Both the position numbers and the translations under genes were made by a program. From an uncultured Eubacteriales bacterium (GTDB taxonomy: Bacteria > Bacillota > Clostridia > Lachnospirales > JAISER01), in the NCBI GenBank assembly GCA_964545475.1, contig CAZJGG010000003.1, positions 757 through 64,756 of the forward strand: a stretch of DNA of 64,000 nt, read 5' to 3'. Of the stretch, positions 55,678-64,000 are shown one piece after another. Each line of letters starts with the position of its first letter. Position 1 is the first letter of the stretch. The notes below the pieces were generated by a model, which was given only the letters and a program-made list of their open reading frames with translations, ran no database searches and was not told the DNA's origin.

Positions 55678-56637
55678 TTATATATGCAAGCAAGCTACGA
55701 AATGCCCCGGTTCTGGCTCAAAAGATGGAATTTTATAAGCCTTGCAGTTGTCTGCGCATTTTGGGCATCTTGTTTGAAATGGGCAGCCAACAGGCAAATT
55801 AACAGTGCTTGGAATATCACCCTGTAAAATCTTACGCTCGCTTTGCCTTGTTGGGTCTGGTATGGGCACGGCGGATAAAAGAGCTTTTGTATATGGGTGC
55901 ATAGGGTTTTTATAAAGCATCTCTTTCGGCGCCATTTCAACAATAGAGCCTAAATACATAACCGCTATACGGTCTGAAATCATTTCAACCACGCTTAAAT
56001 CGTGGGAAATAAACAGATAAGTAAGGGCATAATCTTTTTGCAATTGTTGCATTAAATTAAGCACTTGCGCCTGAATTGAAACGTCCAGAGAAGAAACTGG
56101 CTCATCAGCAATTATAAGCTTTGGGCGCACAGTTAATGCTCTTGCAATACCGATACGCTGGCGCTGACCGCCGGAAAACTCATGAGGCCACCGTCTTGCA
56201 TGTTTCTCATTTAAACCTACAATTTTCAAAAGTTCCCTTGCCGCTTGCAAACGCTCTTTAGAGCTCATTTTTGTATGCACAAGCAAAGGTTCTGCAACAA
56301 GTTCTTCAACTCTCATTCGGGGGTTTAAAGAACCGCTAGGGTCTTGGAATATCATTTGCATATCTTTGCGTAAAGGTCTTACTTCCCTTTCGCTTAAATT
56401 TGATATGTTTAAATCGTCGAAGGTTATTTCCCCGGAATCTGGCTTCATAAGCCTGTTTATAAGCCTGCCTGTTGTAGATTTTCCACAGCCGGATTCTCCT
56501 ACAACGGAAAATGTTTCCCCGGGATAAATCTCAAAGCTAATATCATTTACCGCATGGACAAAACGAGCTTTGCCAAATAAACTTTTCCCGGCAGGGAACT
56601 TTTTAACAACATTTTTTACGGTAACAAGGGGTTTCAT
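55678..56637 (-). CDS. Peptide ABC transporter ATP-binding protein (OppF/DppF-like)
   Basis: Walker [27 protein letters not shown]. Confidence 0.92.
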   Translation of the reverse strand: MKPLVTVKNVVKKFPAGKSLFGKARFVHAVNDISFEIYPGETFSVVGESGCGKSTTGRLINRLMKPDSGEITFDDLNISNLSEREVRPLRKDMQMIFQDPSGSLNPRMRVEELVAEPLLVHTKMSSKERLQAARELLKIVGLNEKHARRWPHEFSGGQRQRIGIARALTVRPKLIIADEPVSSLDVSIQAQVLNLMQQLQKDYALTYLFISHDLSVVEMISDRIAVMYLGSIVEMAPKEMLYKNPMHPYTKALLSAVPIPDPTRQSERKILQGDIPSTVNLPVGCPFQTRCPKCADNCKAYKIPSFEPEPGHFVACLHI

Positions 56638-57653
56638 TTAACCGCCTCCTTTGCGCCGTTTTCTGTATGCCAGCAGCGGCATTTTCTTGTTTGCCCATAT
56701 TCAAGAAGAACAGGTTCTTCCTTATGGCACTGCTCCGTTGTAAATGCGCATCTAGGTGCAAATTTACATCCAGTAGGCATTGCGGATAAATCCGGCACAC
56801 TGCCGGGAATAGAGGGTAGTGTAGTTACTCCAGAACCAAGCTTCGGAACGGAAGCAATAAGCCCTTTAGTATAAGGGTGCATAGGTTCTGCAAAAAGCTG
56901 GTTTACAGAAGCTTCTTCAACAATTCTCCCTGCATACATAACCATAACCCGGCTGCACATTTCCGCAACAATACCTAAGTCATGGGTAATTAATATTATT
57001 CCGGCGTTATATTCGTTTTTAATGTTGCGCATTAGGTCTAAAATTTGAGCTTGAATCGTAACGTCAAGGGCGGTAGTTGGTTCGTCTGCAATAAGCAATT
57101 TTGGGTTACAGCTCATAGCCATAGCAATCATAACCCTTTGGCTCATGCCCCCAGATAACTGGTGAGGGTAGCTTCGCATAGTTACGCTTGGTACAGGTAT
57201 TCCAACTTGTCTAAGCATATGTTCAGCGTGTTCTGTCGCCTGTTTTTTGATGTAATCCATATGCAGACGAATAGCTTCAACCATTTGCGCTCCAATGCGC
57301 ATAGAAGGATTTAACGAAGTCATAGCTTCCTGAAAAATCATTGAAATGCTTTTGCCCCTGACAGAACGCATTTCTCGCTCACTGCATGTAAGTAGGTCTT
57401 TTCCCTCAAATATAATTTCTCCTCCGGCAATACTGCCTGATGTACTTTTAAAAAGCTGCATAATAGATAATGACGTTACGGATTTTCCACAGCCGGACTC
57501 ACCAACGAGCCCTACAATTTCCCCGGGGTAAACCTGAAAGCTGACATCGTCAATAACCACAACTTTAGACTTTTTCCCTGTTTTAAATTCTGTACGCAGA
57601 TTTTTTATATCAAGCAAAGGCTGGTCTTTTTTTACTAAAGAATTTTCGTTCAT
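56634..57653 (-). CDS. Peptide ABC transporter ATP-binding protein (OppD/DppD-like)
   Basis: [28 protein letters not shown]. Confidence 0.92.
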   Translation of the reverse strand: MNENSLVKKDQPLLDIKNLRTEFKTGKKSKVVVIDDVSFQVYPGEIVGLVGESGCGKSVTSLSIMQLFKSTSGSIAGGEIIFEGKDLLTCSEREMRSVRGKSISMIFQEAMTSLNPSMRIGAQMVEAIRLHMDYIKKQATEHAEHMLRQVGIPVPSVTMRSYPHQLSGGMSQRVMIAMAMSCNPKLLIADEPTTALDVTIQAQILDLMRNIKNEYNAGIILITHDLGIVAEMCSRVMVMYAGRIVEEASVNQLFAEPMHPYTKGLIASVPKLGSGVTTLPSIPGSVPDLSAMPTGCKFAPRCAFTTEQCHKEEPVLLEYGQTRKCRCWHTENGAKEAVK

Positions 57654-57664
57654 AATTTTCCCCC

Positions 57665-58561
57665 TTACTTGATTTTCGGGTCGAGTGTGTCTCTGAGACC
57701 ATCGCCTAAAAGATTAAAAGCCAACACGGTTAAAAATATTAACAACCCCGGAAAATATACTAAATGAGAGCCTACGCCTACGTAACTGCGGCCGGAAGAA
57801 AGCATTGCGCCCCAGTCCGGCTCGGAAACGTTAGCACCGAAGCCTAAAAAGCTTAATGATGCCGCCGCTAAAATAGCAGTACCAATACGCATTGTAAAAT
57901 TTACAATCATTGATTGCAGTGTGCCGGGTAAAATATAAATCCATAAAATTCTGCTGTCGGAACAGCCCACTGAGCGAGCCGCCTCTACATAAAGGCAATG
58001 CTTTACTGTTAGCGTTGCGCTTCTTATAATTCTTGCAAAAGAGGGCACTGTAAAAACGGCGACGGCAATAACTACGTTTATTACCCCTGGGCCGATAACT
58101 GCAACTACGGCAATACAAAGCAAAATATCCGGCATGGCAAAAAGTATATCACTGCTTCTCATAACAAGCATTTCAAGTATTCCGCCGTAATATCCGGCTA
58201 AAATCCCAAGTATACTGCCGAGGGCCGCCCCAATTAAAACGGAGCTTAACGCAACCCCCAAAGAAAGGCGAGAACCAACTAAAAGCCTGCTTAAAACATC
58301 TCTGCCGTATTCGTCTGTTCCCAAAAAATGTTGAGAAGACGGGGCACTTAACAAATTGTCGTAATCCGGCAGTGCAGGGTCGTATGGAGCAAAGCGTGTG
58401 CCGAATATCGCCATTAAAATAAGAAACACAATAAAGCATCCGGCAACAACCGATGTTTTTCTTTGCATAAATTTCTTAAAAAACTCTTTTGTTTTGTTAT
58501 ATTCTTTCATTTCAGGTTCTATGTACTGTTGAGGTGTATTATTGATTTCGGACATTGTCAA
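57665..58561 (-). CDS. Peptide ABC transporter permease (OppC/DppC-like)
   Basis: HFLGTDEYGRDVLSRLLVGSRLSL and EAA loop. Confidence 0.92.
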   Translation of the reverse strand: MTMSEINNTPQQYIEPEMKEYNKTKEFFKKFMQRKTSVVAGCFIVFLILMAIFGTRFAPYDPALPDYDNLLSAPSSQHFLGTDEYGRDVLSRLLVGSRLSLGVALSSVLIGAALGSILGILAGYYGGILEMLVMRSSDILFAMPDILLCIAVVAVIGPGVINVVIAVAVFTVPSFARIIRSATLTVKHCLYVEAARSVGCSDSRILWIYILPGTLQSMIVNFTMRIGTAILAAASLSFLGFGANVSEPDWGAMLSSGRSYVGVGSHLVYFPGLLIFLTVLAFNLLGDGLRDTLDPKIK

Positions 58562-58571
58562 TCCTCCTTCC

Positions 58572-59492
58572 TTAACTGTATCTGATTTTGGGGTTCAACA
58601 AGCCATACAGCAAGTCTACTATTAAATTAATAACAACATATTCAAAGGCAAAAAACATTAAAAGTGCTTGAACAACTTTATAATCACGGAAAACTATGGA
58701 ATCAATAATCAACCGCCCAACGCCTGGAATTGAAAAAACAGTTTCCACAAGAACAGAACCGGCTAAAAGCGCCCCAATTTGAAGCCCTGTAACAGTTACA
58801 ACCTGCATAAGAGAATTACGGAAAGCATGGCGCAAAACTACAAGCCATTCAATTTGCCCTTTTGCCCGGGCTGTTCTAACATAGTCTTCCTGCATTGTTT
58901 CCATCATTGAGGAGCGGGAAAAACGAGCCAGCATACCCATTATACTGCACCCTAATGTAAATGAAGGCAAAATATAACTTTGCCAGTTTGAAAGCCCTCC
59001 CGTAGGCACAAGCCCTAAATCAACGGCAAATATTTGAATTAGAACAAGCCCGAGCCAGAAAGGGGGCACAGATATGCCTGAGGTTGAAAGCACCATACTG
59101 AAATAGTCCAGCGCCGAACCTCTAAAAACAGCGGATATAACACCAATAAGAACACCAAGAGCAACAGACCATAATATAGCAAACAATGTAAGCTCAATGG
59201 TTGCCCCAAGCCGCCCCATTAACATTTCTGATACAGGAAGCCCTGTTTTATAAGATGTTCCCATATCACCTTGGAACAAATCTTTTATATAATTACCGTA
59301 TTGTACAAGCAAAGGGTCGTTTAGACCAAGAGCTTGTTGTATACGAGCCACATCTTCCGCAGTGGATTCCTTTCCGGCAAGCATTCTTGCCGGGTCGCCG
59401 GGTATCATATGCATAAACATAAAGACGATAAAGGATATAATAATAAGAAGCGGAATAGTGCCAAGTACTCGTTTAATAAAATACCGACTCAA
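58572..59492 (-). CDS. Peptide ABC transporter permease (OppB/DppB-like)
   Basis: HMIPGDPARMLAGKES, YVRTARAKGQIEWLVVLRHAFRNSL. Confidence 0.92.
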   Translation of the reverse strand: MSRYFIKRVLGTIPLLIIISFIVFMFMHMIPGDPARMLAGKESTAEDVARIQQALGLNDPLLVQYGNYIKDLFQGDMGTSYKTGLPVSEMLMGRLGATIELTLFAILWSVALGVLIGVISAVFRGSALDYFSMVLSTSGISVPPFWLGLVLIQIFAVDLGLVPTGGLSNWQSYILPSFTLGCSIMGMLARFSRSSMMETMQEDYVRTARAKGQIEWLVVLRHAFRNSLMQVVTVTGLQIGALLAGSVLVETVFSIPGVGRLIIDSIVFRDYKVVQALLMFFAFEYVVINLIVDLLYGLLNPKIRYS

Positions 59493-59564
59493 ATCTGTCC
59501 CTCCTTCATAATTCTTAATAAAACAATCCGGCGGAAAACCACCGGATTGTATAGAGCATCGGAA

Positions 59565-61181
59565 TTAATTAAGAGCAGCGCTTTTAAGGTTAAGAGAACC
59601 GTCCGGTCTTAAAGAAACGCCGCTTAAATAAGTTTTTGTTCCGGCAATAACTTGGTCGTTGCCGAGGAATAACCAAGGAGCATCATCCCAAGCTATTTTT
59701 TGAGCATCAGCGTAAATAGTTTTAAGCTGTTCAGGGTCACTTGTTGCCAAGCCTTCATCTAATAATCTATCAAATTCCGGGTTGTTGTAATATGCAGTGT
59801 TTGCGCTAGTTGGTGGCGCCATTTGGCTGTAAAGAATGCTTCTCATAGAGCCGTCTGCGTCGAAAGAAGAAGCAGACCAGTTTACATACCACATTTCAAT
59901 AGTAGCTTGTGCTTTTTCAACATAAATCAAGCTGTCAATAATGTTAGGCTCCATTGGCACTATGTTTACGTTAATGCCGATTTGAGAAAGTTGTTGCTGA
60001 ACAAACTGCATACCTTTTTCTTCGTTAGTTGTGTTGTCGCCCCAAATTGTTACATCAAAGCCGTCTGGATAGCCTGCTTCTGTCATAAGTTGTTTTGCTT
60101 TTTCCAAGTCATATGTATAAGGTGTTTGAGGGCTGTAATAAGATACTGTGGACGGGAAGCAAGAATTAACTTCGGAAGCATAACCGTTAAAAATTGTTTT
60201 AGCGTATGCATTTTTATCAATAGCATAATTCATTGCTTGACGAACACGTTTATCTGAAAGTTCTTTTTTGTCGTTGTTTAATGTAACATATCTCATAATG
60301 TTAGACGGAGATGCAACAACTTTAATATCTTTTGTGCCATCAACGTTTGGAGCTTGAATTGCCGGAAGAGGATAAATAAAATCCGCTTCGCCTGTTTGAA
60401 GCATAGCAACTCTTGAGCCGTCTTCTGGAACAGCACGGAAAGTAAGGCTGTCTACAGAAGGTTTTTCTCCCCAATATCCGTCAAAAGGATTAACAGTAAT
60501 TCTGTCGCCTTCAATTCTTTCTCCGAATGTGTAAGGACCTGTACCTACAGTAGTTTTAGCCAAGCCTTCGTTGCCAAGTTCTGCAATAGCTTTTGGGCTT
60601 ATTACTAAAAATTGAGTAAACTGGTTAATAAAAGAGCTGTTGGGTTTATTTGTTACAATAACTATGGTATAATCGTCTGGTGCAGTAACGGATTCCCAAG
60701 TGCTTGCACGGCGATATTGGCGGAAAGATTCATTTGCCATAACTCTTTCATAGTTTGCAATGAAAGCCGCTGCGTTAAAATCTGTGCCGTCATGGAATTT
60801 TACGCCTTGGCGTAATTTAAAAGTATAAGTTAAATTGTCGTCGGAGGCTTCGTAACTTTCTGCAAGTACGGGAATGATATTTTGGTTGTCGTCAAAAGAT
60901 ATTAAGCCTTCGTACATAGTACGGCTAACTGTAATTGATAATGTATCAGTAGTGTTATGTGGGTCAAGAGATTGTAAGTCATTGTTAAAAGCTACAACAA
61001 GGTCGTTATCTGGTGATTGTGAGGATGATTGGTCGCTTTGTGCTTCCGGTGCCGGTTGCTCGGCTTGGTTGCCGCCGGCAGTTTCAGTTCCTTGGGCTGG
61101 CTGAGCTGGCTTGCTTGCACAGCCTGCCACAGAAAAACATAATGCAGCAGCTAAGAAAAGCGCTATACTTTTTCTTTTCAT
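59565..61181 (-). CDS. Peptide ABC transporter substrate-binding lipoprotein
   Basis: Lipobox FSVAGCAS; KLRQGVKFHDGTDFNAAAFIANYERV. Confidence 0.92.
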   Translation of the reverse strand: MKRKSIALFLAAALCFSVAGCASKPAQPAQGTETAGGNQAEQPAPEAQSDQSSSQSPDNDLVVAFNNDLQSLDPHNTTDTLSITVSRTMYEGLISFDDNQNIIPVLAESYEASDDNLTYTFKLRQGVKFHDGTDFNAAAFIANYERVMANESFRQYRRASTWESVTAPDDYTIVIVTNKPNSSFINQFTQFLVISPKAIAELGNEGLAKTTVGTGPYTFGERIEGDRITVNPFDGYWGEKPSVDSLTFRAVPEDGSRVAMLQTGEADFIYPLPAIQAPNVDGTKDIKVVASPSNIMRYVTLNNDKKELSDKRVRQAMNYAIDKNAYAKTIFNGYASEVNSCFPSTVSYYSPQTPYTYDLEKAKQLMTEAGYPDGFDVTIWGDNTTNEEKGMQFVQQQLSQIGINVNIVPMEPNIIDSLIYVEKAQATIEMWYVNWSASSFDADGSMRSILYSQMAPPTSANTAYYNNPEFDRLLDEGLATSDPEQLKTIYADAQKIAWDDAPWLFLGNDQVIAGTKTYLSGVSLRPDGSLNLKSAALN

Positions 61182-61241
61182 TTAGTAAAAACCTCCTTTT
61201 ATTTTTAAAACATGATGTAAAGACCCTAATATTATAAGTCC

Positions 61242-62009
61242 TTAATTTTTAGCATTTAAACAAACAGCGTTAATATATCCGCAGTCAATAATATTAAAGC
61301 GGTCTTCCGGGGGATATAATGCGCCGCCGTAAAAAATACTGTTGTTGTTAGCGGTAGATTTGTCCGTCATTGTTTTGTGAGCCGCCAAATGTATTTGGTC
61401 ACAATTTGTTTCAGTAATAACCCGGTTCATTGTTTTTAAATCAATTCCTGCTCCGGGAAGAATTTCAATGCGCCCGGCTGAATATTCAATCATTTGGCGA
61501 ATTGTTTCCGTGCCAAGAGGAGCTAAAGGTTCTTGTCCGCTTGTAAGCACTCTGGTTATGCCAAGGCTTATAAGTATGTCAAGAGCGGCTTTCCAGTCCG
61601 GCACAACGTCTATTGCACGGTGGAAAACAGTTGTTTTACCATTGGCAATTTTTGACATTTCTTCGGTGCGTTTAACGTCAATTGTTCCGTCTTCATTTAA
61701 AAAGCCGAAAACAATGCCGTCTGCGCCGTGTTCCAAAAGCAGGCGAGCATCCTCTTTTGCTGTTTCATATTCGGTTTCTGTATAACAAAAACCGCCTTCT
61801 CTTGGGCGTACCATTGTAATAATACGCATTTTTGAACCGTTTTCAAGCTTTTCAAGCCCTTTTCTGGCAGCCAAAAGTGTGCCTACCGTAGGTGTAAGCC
61901 CGCCGTGAAACAGATTTGAATTAAGCTCAACACGGGTGGAACCGGCCTTGCAAGCTTCAAGAACATCGTCTGCGCTTCCGCAGCAAACTTCTACAAGAAT
62001 GTCTTTCAT
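61242..62009 (-). CDS. cutC: CutC-family TIM-barrel protein (copper homeostasis annotation by homology)
   Basis: VEVCCGSADDVLEACKAGSTRVELNSNLFHGGLTPT, GADGIVFGFL. Confidence 0.9.
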   Translation of the reverse strand: MKDILVEVCCGSADDVLEACKAGSTRVELNSNLFHGGLTPTVGTLLAARKGLEKLENGSKMRIITMVRPREGGFCYTETEYETAKEDARLLLEHGADGIVFGFLNEDGTIDVKRTEEMSKIANGKTTVFHRAIDVVPDWKAALDILISLGITRVLTSGQEPLAPLGTETIRQMIEYSAGRIEILPGAGIDLKTMNRVITETNCDQIHLAAHKTMTDKSTANNNSIFYGGALYPPEDRFNIIDCGYINAVCLNAKN

Positions 62010-62049
62010 TGTAATACCTCACTGTTATGTATTATTAATTTATAAACGC

Positions 62050-62078
62050 ATTATAATAAATACTAAACAAAATGTCAA
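62050..62078 (-). promoter_or_regulatory. Predicted sigma-A promoter for the cutC-opp-pepA cluster
   Basis: Minus strand TTGACA (62078-62073) - 17 nt - TATAAT (62055-62050). Confidence 0.7.
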
Positions 62079-62086
62079 TATATATC

Positions 62087-62115
62087 TTGAAAAAATTAAA
62101 AACATTGTATATAAT
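62087..62115 (+). promoter_or_regulatory. Predicted sigma-A promoter for the ROK regulator
   Basis: TTGAAA - 17 nt - TATAAT. Confidence 0.65.
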
Positions 62116-62193
62116 TAATATATAATTAGTTTTACGGCTAATTAATTATTAAACCTATGATAATATTGGCGCTTAAAAACAAAGAGGTGGGTA

Positions 62194-63378
62194 ATGGTTA
62201 AAAACAGCCGTATAGATCAGGATTTAATGAAGCAGACAAACCGTCAGCTTGTTTTTTCAGAAATTTATAAAGCAAAGGAAATATCAAGAACCCAAATTGC
62301 GCAGATAACAGGCATAAGCGTTATGAGTGCCGGGCGCATTGCAGACGAATTAATTGAGAAAGGGCTTCTTAGAGAAAGCGAAAGCACAGAGCAGCAAACA
62401 GTGGGAAGACCGCCGAAAATACTTACATTGGCAAAAGAAAATCTTAATTGCGTCAGTGTATTTATACAAAGCGGCGGAGTAACCGTTGGAATAACAGACC
62501 CTTATGGAAATATTAAAAGGAAACTTGACATTAAAGAAACTTTAGAGGGGAAATCATCTCTAGAAGCCTTTAAATTTATTGGGGATGTTTTAATAAAATT
62601 TTTAGAGGATAATAAAGACATAACTTGCTTAAAAACTATTGGGGTGGTTATGCCGGGGTTAGTAGACGTTGAAAGCGGCACGCTTGTATTTTCATCTCAT
62701 TTTAGATGGAAAGACGTTCCTGTTGTGGACGTAATGGAAAATATGCTCCCGGAATATACATTTGTGCCGGAAAATGACATAAAAGCTCTTGCGCTGGCAG
62801 AAGGGTTATTTGGCGGAGCAAAGGAATATAAAAATTTTGTTTTGTTAAATATAGGCAACGGTGTTGGTGCGGCGGCTTTTATAAACGGTGAAATTTACAG
62901 AGGGCAAAATAATGCCGCAGGGGAAATAGGGCATATTATTATTAACCCCAGTGGGCGTATGTGCGAATGCGGTAAAATTGGGTGCTTGCAAACTAATGTA
63001 GCGGAATGGGCTATTTTGCAGGAAGCTCGCTCGGTACGCCCTAACCAAAACATACAAATGAAAGATATATTATTAGCTTACGAAGCAGGTGAGCACTGGG
63101 CAAGAAATCTTTTAGACAGAGTTGTGGAATTTACATTTGTTGCGCTTAATTTACTTTCCAACACATTTGCCCCCCAGGCGATTTTGCTGTGCGGAAGCCT
63201 TGTTGAAGAAAACCCATCTTTTAAATCTATGATTTTAAATAACCGGAACAGCCAAAACTATGCTTTTAACAGTAATAATTATAGTTTAGGGTTTTCTTCT
63301 CTTGGCAAGGATGGGGCGGTTATTGGCGGTGCATCTGCAGCTTTTTTCAGCGGTGTTAATAAATTGGTAATAGAATAA
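62194..63378 (+). CDS. ROK family transcriptional regulator (NagC/XylR type)
   Basis: N-terminal HTH (SRTQIAQITGISVMSAGRIADELIEKG) plus ROK domain GEIGHIIINPSGRMCECGKIGCLQTNV. Confidence 0.92.
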   Translation: MVKNSRIDQDLMKQTNRQLVFSEIYKAKEISRTQIAQITGISVMSAGRIADELIEKGLLRESESTEQQTVGRPPKILTLAKENLNCVSVFIQSGGVTVGITDPYGNIKRKLDIKETLEGKSSLEAFKFIGDVLIKFLEDNKDITCLKTIGVVMPGLVDVESGTLVFSSHFRWKDVPVVDVMENMLPEYTFVPENDIKALALAEGLFGGAKEYKNFVLLNIGNGVGAAAFINGEIYRGQNNAAGEIGHIIINPSGRMCECGKIGCLQTNVAEWAILQEARSVRPNQNIQMKDILLAYEAGEHWARNLLDRVVEFTFVALNLLSNTFAPQAILLCGSLVEENPSFKSMILNNRNSQNYAFNSNNYSLGFSSLGKDGAVIGGASAAFFSGVNKLVIE

Positions 63379-63395
63379 TTAAGGAGAACTATAAA

Positions 63396-64000
63396 ATGTT
63401 TACAGAAAACCGAAAGAATTGGATAAATGAGAAATTCGGCGAGTTTTTCTCTCGTATGCCCCTTGCCGGGGAAAAGGTGAGTTTATGCCTTAAAGATATG
63501 ACGGAAAATGAACAGCTTTCCATGAAGTACACATATGCTTTTATGCCGGTGAGTGATGTTCTTACCTGTTCTACAGAATTAATTGAAGAGTTTGTTAAAC
63601 ACGGAGTAATGCTATATGAAACTGTTTCTTGGTTAAAGGATACGCCTATAGACATATTCTTGCCATTTGTTTTATTTTACCGTATTAACAATGAAGCGGC
63701 AGAACCTTACCGTCAGGAAATATATAATTCTTTATACCCAAGAATTAAAGAAATGGGAGCAAGGGAAGCGGCCTTGGAAGCTAATTATTGGTGCGCAGAA
63801 CATGCAACATACCTTTCAACAGACGACCGCACACTTTCCGCTTCTGCTGTTTTGCGCAGGGGGTTCGGGCGGTGCGGCGAGGAATCCACGCTTTTATGTT
63901 GTGTTTTAAGGAGCATAGGCGTTCCTGCACGCCAATGCTACACCCCAAGGTGGGCTCATTGTGATGATAATCACGCTTGGGTTGAGACTTACATAGACGG
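63396..64000 (+). CDS. Transglutaminase-like domain protein, C-terminus off window
   Basis: FGRCGEESTLLCCVLRSIGVPARQCYTPRWAHCDDNHAWVETYIDG (Cys-His-Asp transglutaminase core); SD aaggag. Confidence 0.85.
   Translation, partial: MFTENRKNWINEKFGEFFSRMPLAGEKVSLCLKDMTENEQLSMKYTYAFMPVSDVLTCSTELIEEFVKHGVMLYETVSWLKDTPIDIFLPFVLFYRINNEAAEPYRQEIYNSLYPRIKEMGAREAALEANYWCAEHATYLSTDDRTLSASAVLRRGFGRCGEESTLLCCVLRSIGVPARQCYTPRWAHCDDNHAWVETYID

Overview
The window looks like chromosomal DNA from an anaerobic, spore-forming member of the Clostridia (inferred from polC, the spoVA and dpa genes, two opp-type peptide transporters and codon usage; species not determinable here). Main blocks: (1) ylxQ-ylxR-nusA-rimP and polC-ispG on the minus strand. 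The two groups are separated by a ~9.5 kb segment carrying an alpha-2-macroglobulin-like gene coupled to a MEMO-family gene, small membrane and unknown genes, an M20 peptidase, ung, and an unpredicted 58-aa ORF that is about 36% Met. (2) Tocopherol-cyclase-like gene, EamA transporter, phospho-sugar mutase, and an alpha/beta-hydrolase lipoprotein gene flanked by 104-bp direct repeats. (3) tRNA-Phe and tRNA-Lys, then a probable cell-wall peptide salvage locus (oppBCDF-A, S66 LD-carboxypeptidase, alanine racemase, M20 amidohydrolase, M55 D-aminopeptidase, lysA). (4) Ser/Thr catabolism (sdaAB/AA, kbl, tdh, sstT) divergent from a MocR regulator, with a perfectly symmetric two-strand consensus promoter between them. 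(5) SLH-domain protein with a very Tyr/Gly-rich C-terminal half, lgt, an M16 peptidase pair, spoVAA-AD and dpaAB with a long palindrome between them, and an asparaginase. (6) pepA plus a second opp operon, cutC, a ROK regulator, and a transglutaminase-like gene running off the window. A family of ~150-165-bp long-hairpin repeats, with apparent compensatory base changes between copies, is dispersed through the window. No CRISPR array, intact prophage or transposase was seen. The best candidates for undescribed biology are the Met-rich microprotein, the covarying hairpin repeat family, the direct-repeat-flanked hydrolase cassette and the symmetric bidirectional promoter. No full new multi-gene defence-like system could be supported.
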